Both the position numbers and the translations under genes were made by a program. Positions 63,038 through 64,000 of a stretch of DNA of 64,000 nt are shown one piece after another. The notes beneath the pieces were generated by a model. The model saw only the letters and a list, made by a program, of their open reading frames with translations, searched no databases and was not told the DNA's origin. Each line of letters begins with the position of its first letter. The first letter of the stretch is position 1. The DNA is taken from NCBI GenBank assembly GCA_900617105.1, contig UYFQ01000023.1, positions 682,001 to 746,000 on the forward strand, in the 5' to 3' direction. This DNA comes from Hydrurus foetidus (Eukaryota).

Positions 63038-63913
63038 TTAACGGCCCAAATAAACTTCAATCACCCGCTCATCCGCCTGCACCTGATCGAGCGTGCCTTG
63101 CGCCAGCACTGAGCCGTCACACAGCACGGTCACGATGTCGCTGATGGTGCGGATAAAGCTCATGTCATGCTCGACCACCATCAGCGAATGCTTGCCTTTG
63201 AGGGTCAAAAACAACTCAGCGGTACGGGCGGTTTCTTCGTCCGTCATACCAGCCACAGGCTCGTCGAGCAGCAGCAGTTTGGGGTCTTGCATCAGCAGCA
63301 TCCCGATCTCTAGCCACTGCTTTTGCCCGTGGCTCAAGTTACCCGCCATGCGGCTCACGCTGTCGGCCAGATGGATGGTGTGCAAAATTTCTGCGAGGCG
63401 ATCACTTTGGCGGCTGTCGAGCTTGAAGCGCATCGACGGCACCACCCGCTTGTCGGTCTTGAGCGCCAGCTCCAGGTTTTCAAACACGCTCAGTTGCTCA
63501 AACACCGTGGGCTTTTGGAACTTGCGGCCAATGCCCAGCTGGGCGATTTCGGCCTCTTTGTAACGCAACAAATCAATCGTGCTGCCAAAGAACACCGTGC
63601 CGGAATCGGGTCGGGTTTTGCCGGTGATGATGTCCATCATCGTGGTCTTGCCCGCACCGTTGGGGCCGATGATGCAGCGCAGCTCACCGGGCGCGATGTC
63701 CAGGCTCAGCTTGTTGATGGCTTTGAAGCCGTCGAAGCTGACGCACACGTCTTCCAGGTACAGGATGCGGCCATGCGACACGTCCACCTCGCCGGGCGTG
63801 GCGATGCGCGAAAAACCAGCTTCTCGGCCACCGGACTCCGTCTTTCCTGACTCTTCTTTTTGCGCGACTTTCGCCAAGCGGCGAGCGCCCTCTTCCAATA
63901 AATCCGGTGTCAT
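63038..63913 (-). CDS. urtD: Urea ABC transporter ATP-binding subunit UrtD
   Basis: SFDGFKA, GPNGAGKTT, GRKFQKP, LSHGQKQWLEIG, EVYLGR. Confidence 0.93.
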   Translation of the reverse strand: MTPDLLEEGARRLAKVAQKEESGKTESGGREAGFSRIATPGEVDVSHGRILYLEDVCVSFDGFKAINKLSLDIAPGELRCIIGPNGAGKTTMMDIITGKTRPDSGTVFFGSTIDLLRYKEAEIAQLGIGRKFQKPTVFEQLSVFENLELALKTDKRVVPSMRFKLDSRQSDRLAEILHTIHLADSVSRMAGNLSHGQKQWLEIGMLLMQDPKLLLLDEPVAGMTDEETARTAELFLTLKGKHSLMVVEHDMSFIRTISDIVTVLCDGSVLAQGTLDQVQADERVIEVYLGR

Positions 63914-64000
63914 GCTTTTTCTCCCCGGAGTTTTTTAACCAGACCCACGATTCCATTAGGCAGGTACAAGGTCACACCAATGAAGAGTGCGCCTAAAAAA
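63910..64000 (-). CDS. urtC: Urea ABC transporter permease UrtC, C-terminal fragment
   Basis: Manual translation FLGALFIGVTLYLPNGIVGLVKKLRGEKA*; stop overlaps the urtD ATG. Confidence 0.8.
   Translation of the reverse strand, partial: FLGALFIGVTLYLPNGIVGLVKKLRGEKA

Overview
A 64 kb chromosomal window from a GC-rich betaproteobacterium; gene content and order point to Comamonadaceae (Rhodoferax-like, an inference). Left to right it holds: a Ser/Thr kinase divergent from yicC-gmk-rpoZ-spoT; greB; rfbBDAC; a purine-catabolism cluster (uraH, GntR, puuE, uraD fused to an amidohydrolase, M20 peptidase, VOC protein, NCS2 permease); maeB; an exosortase H locus with a decayed IPTL-CTERM substrate gene and a nested palindromic REP-like element; a NitT/TauT ABC transporter; a large lipoprotein, chaA, MATE, an isolated ureD and rdgC; a haloacid dehalogenase plus a deleted duplicate flanking a hybrid kinase; a ParE-type TA pair and a DUF2971-like gene; CIRCE/sigma32-controlled groESL; a WYL regulator with LysE; a pxp/biotin-carboxylase operon; two apparently identical inverted IS5-family copies; a PIN-toxin pair; an osmoprotectant transporter; an MHYT hybrid kinase; and urtCDE. 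The most notable observations are (1) a gene behind a sigma28-type promoter encoding an FrpC-like Asp-Pro self-processing module without RTX repeats, (2) a dispersed fixed-spacing motif of about 54 bp with 8 copies, 3 inside reading frames, and (3) a possible 33 kb inversion between two of those motifs that would explain why ureD is separated from urtE. No rRNA, tRNA or CRISPR array was seen. All family assignments come from reading motifs by eye; no database search was run.
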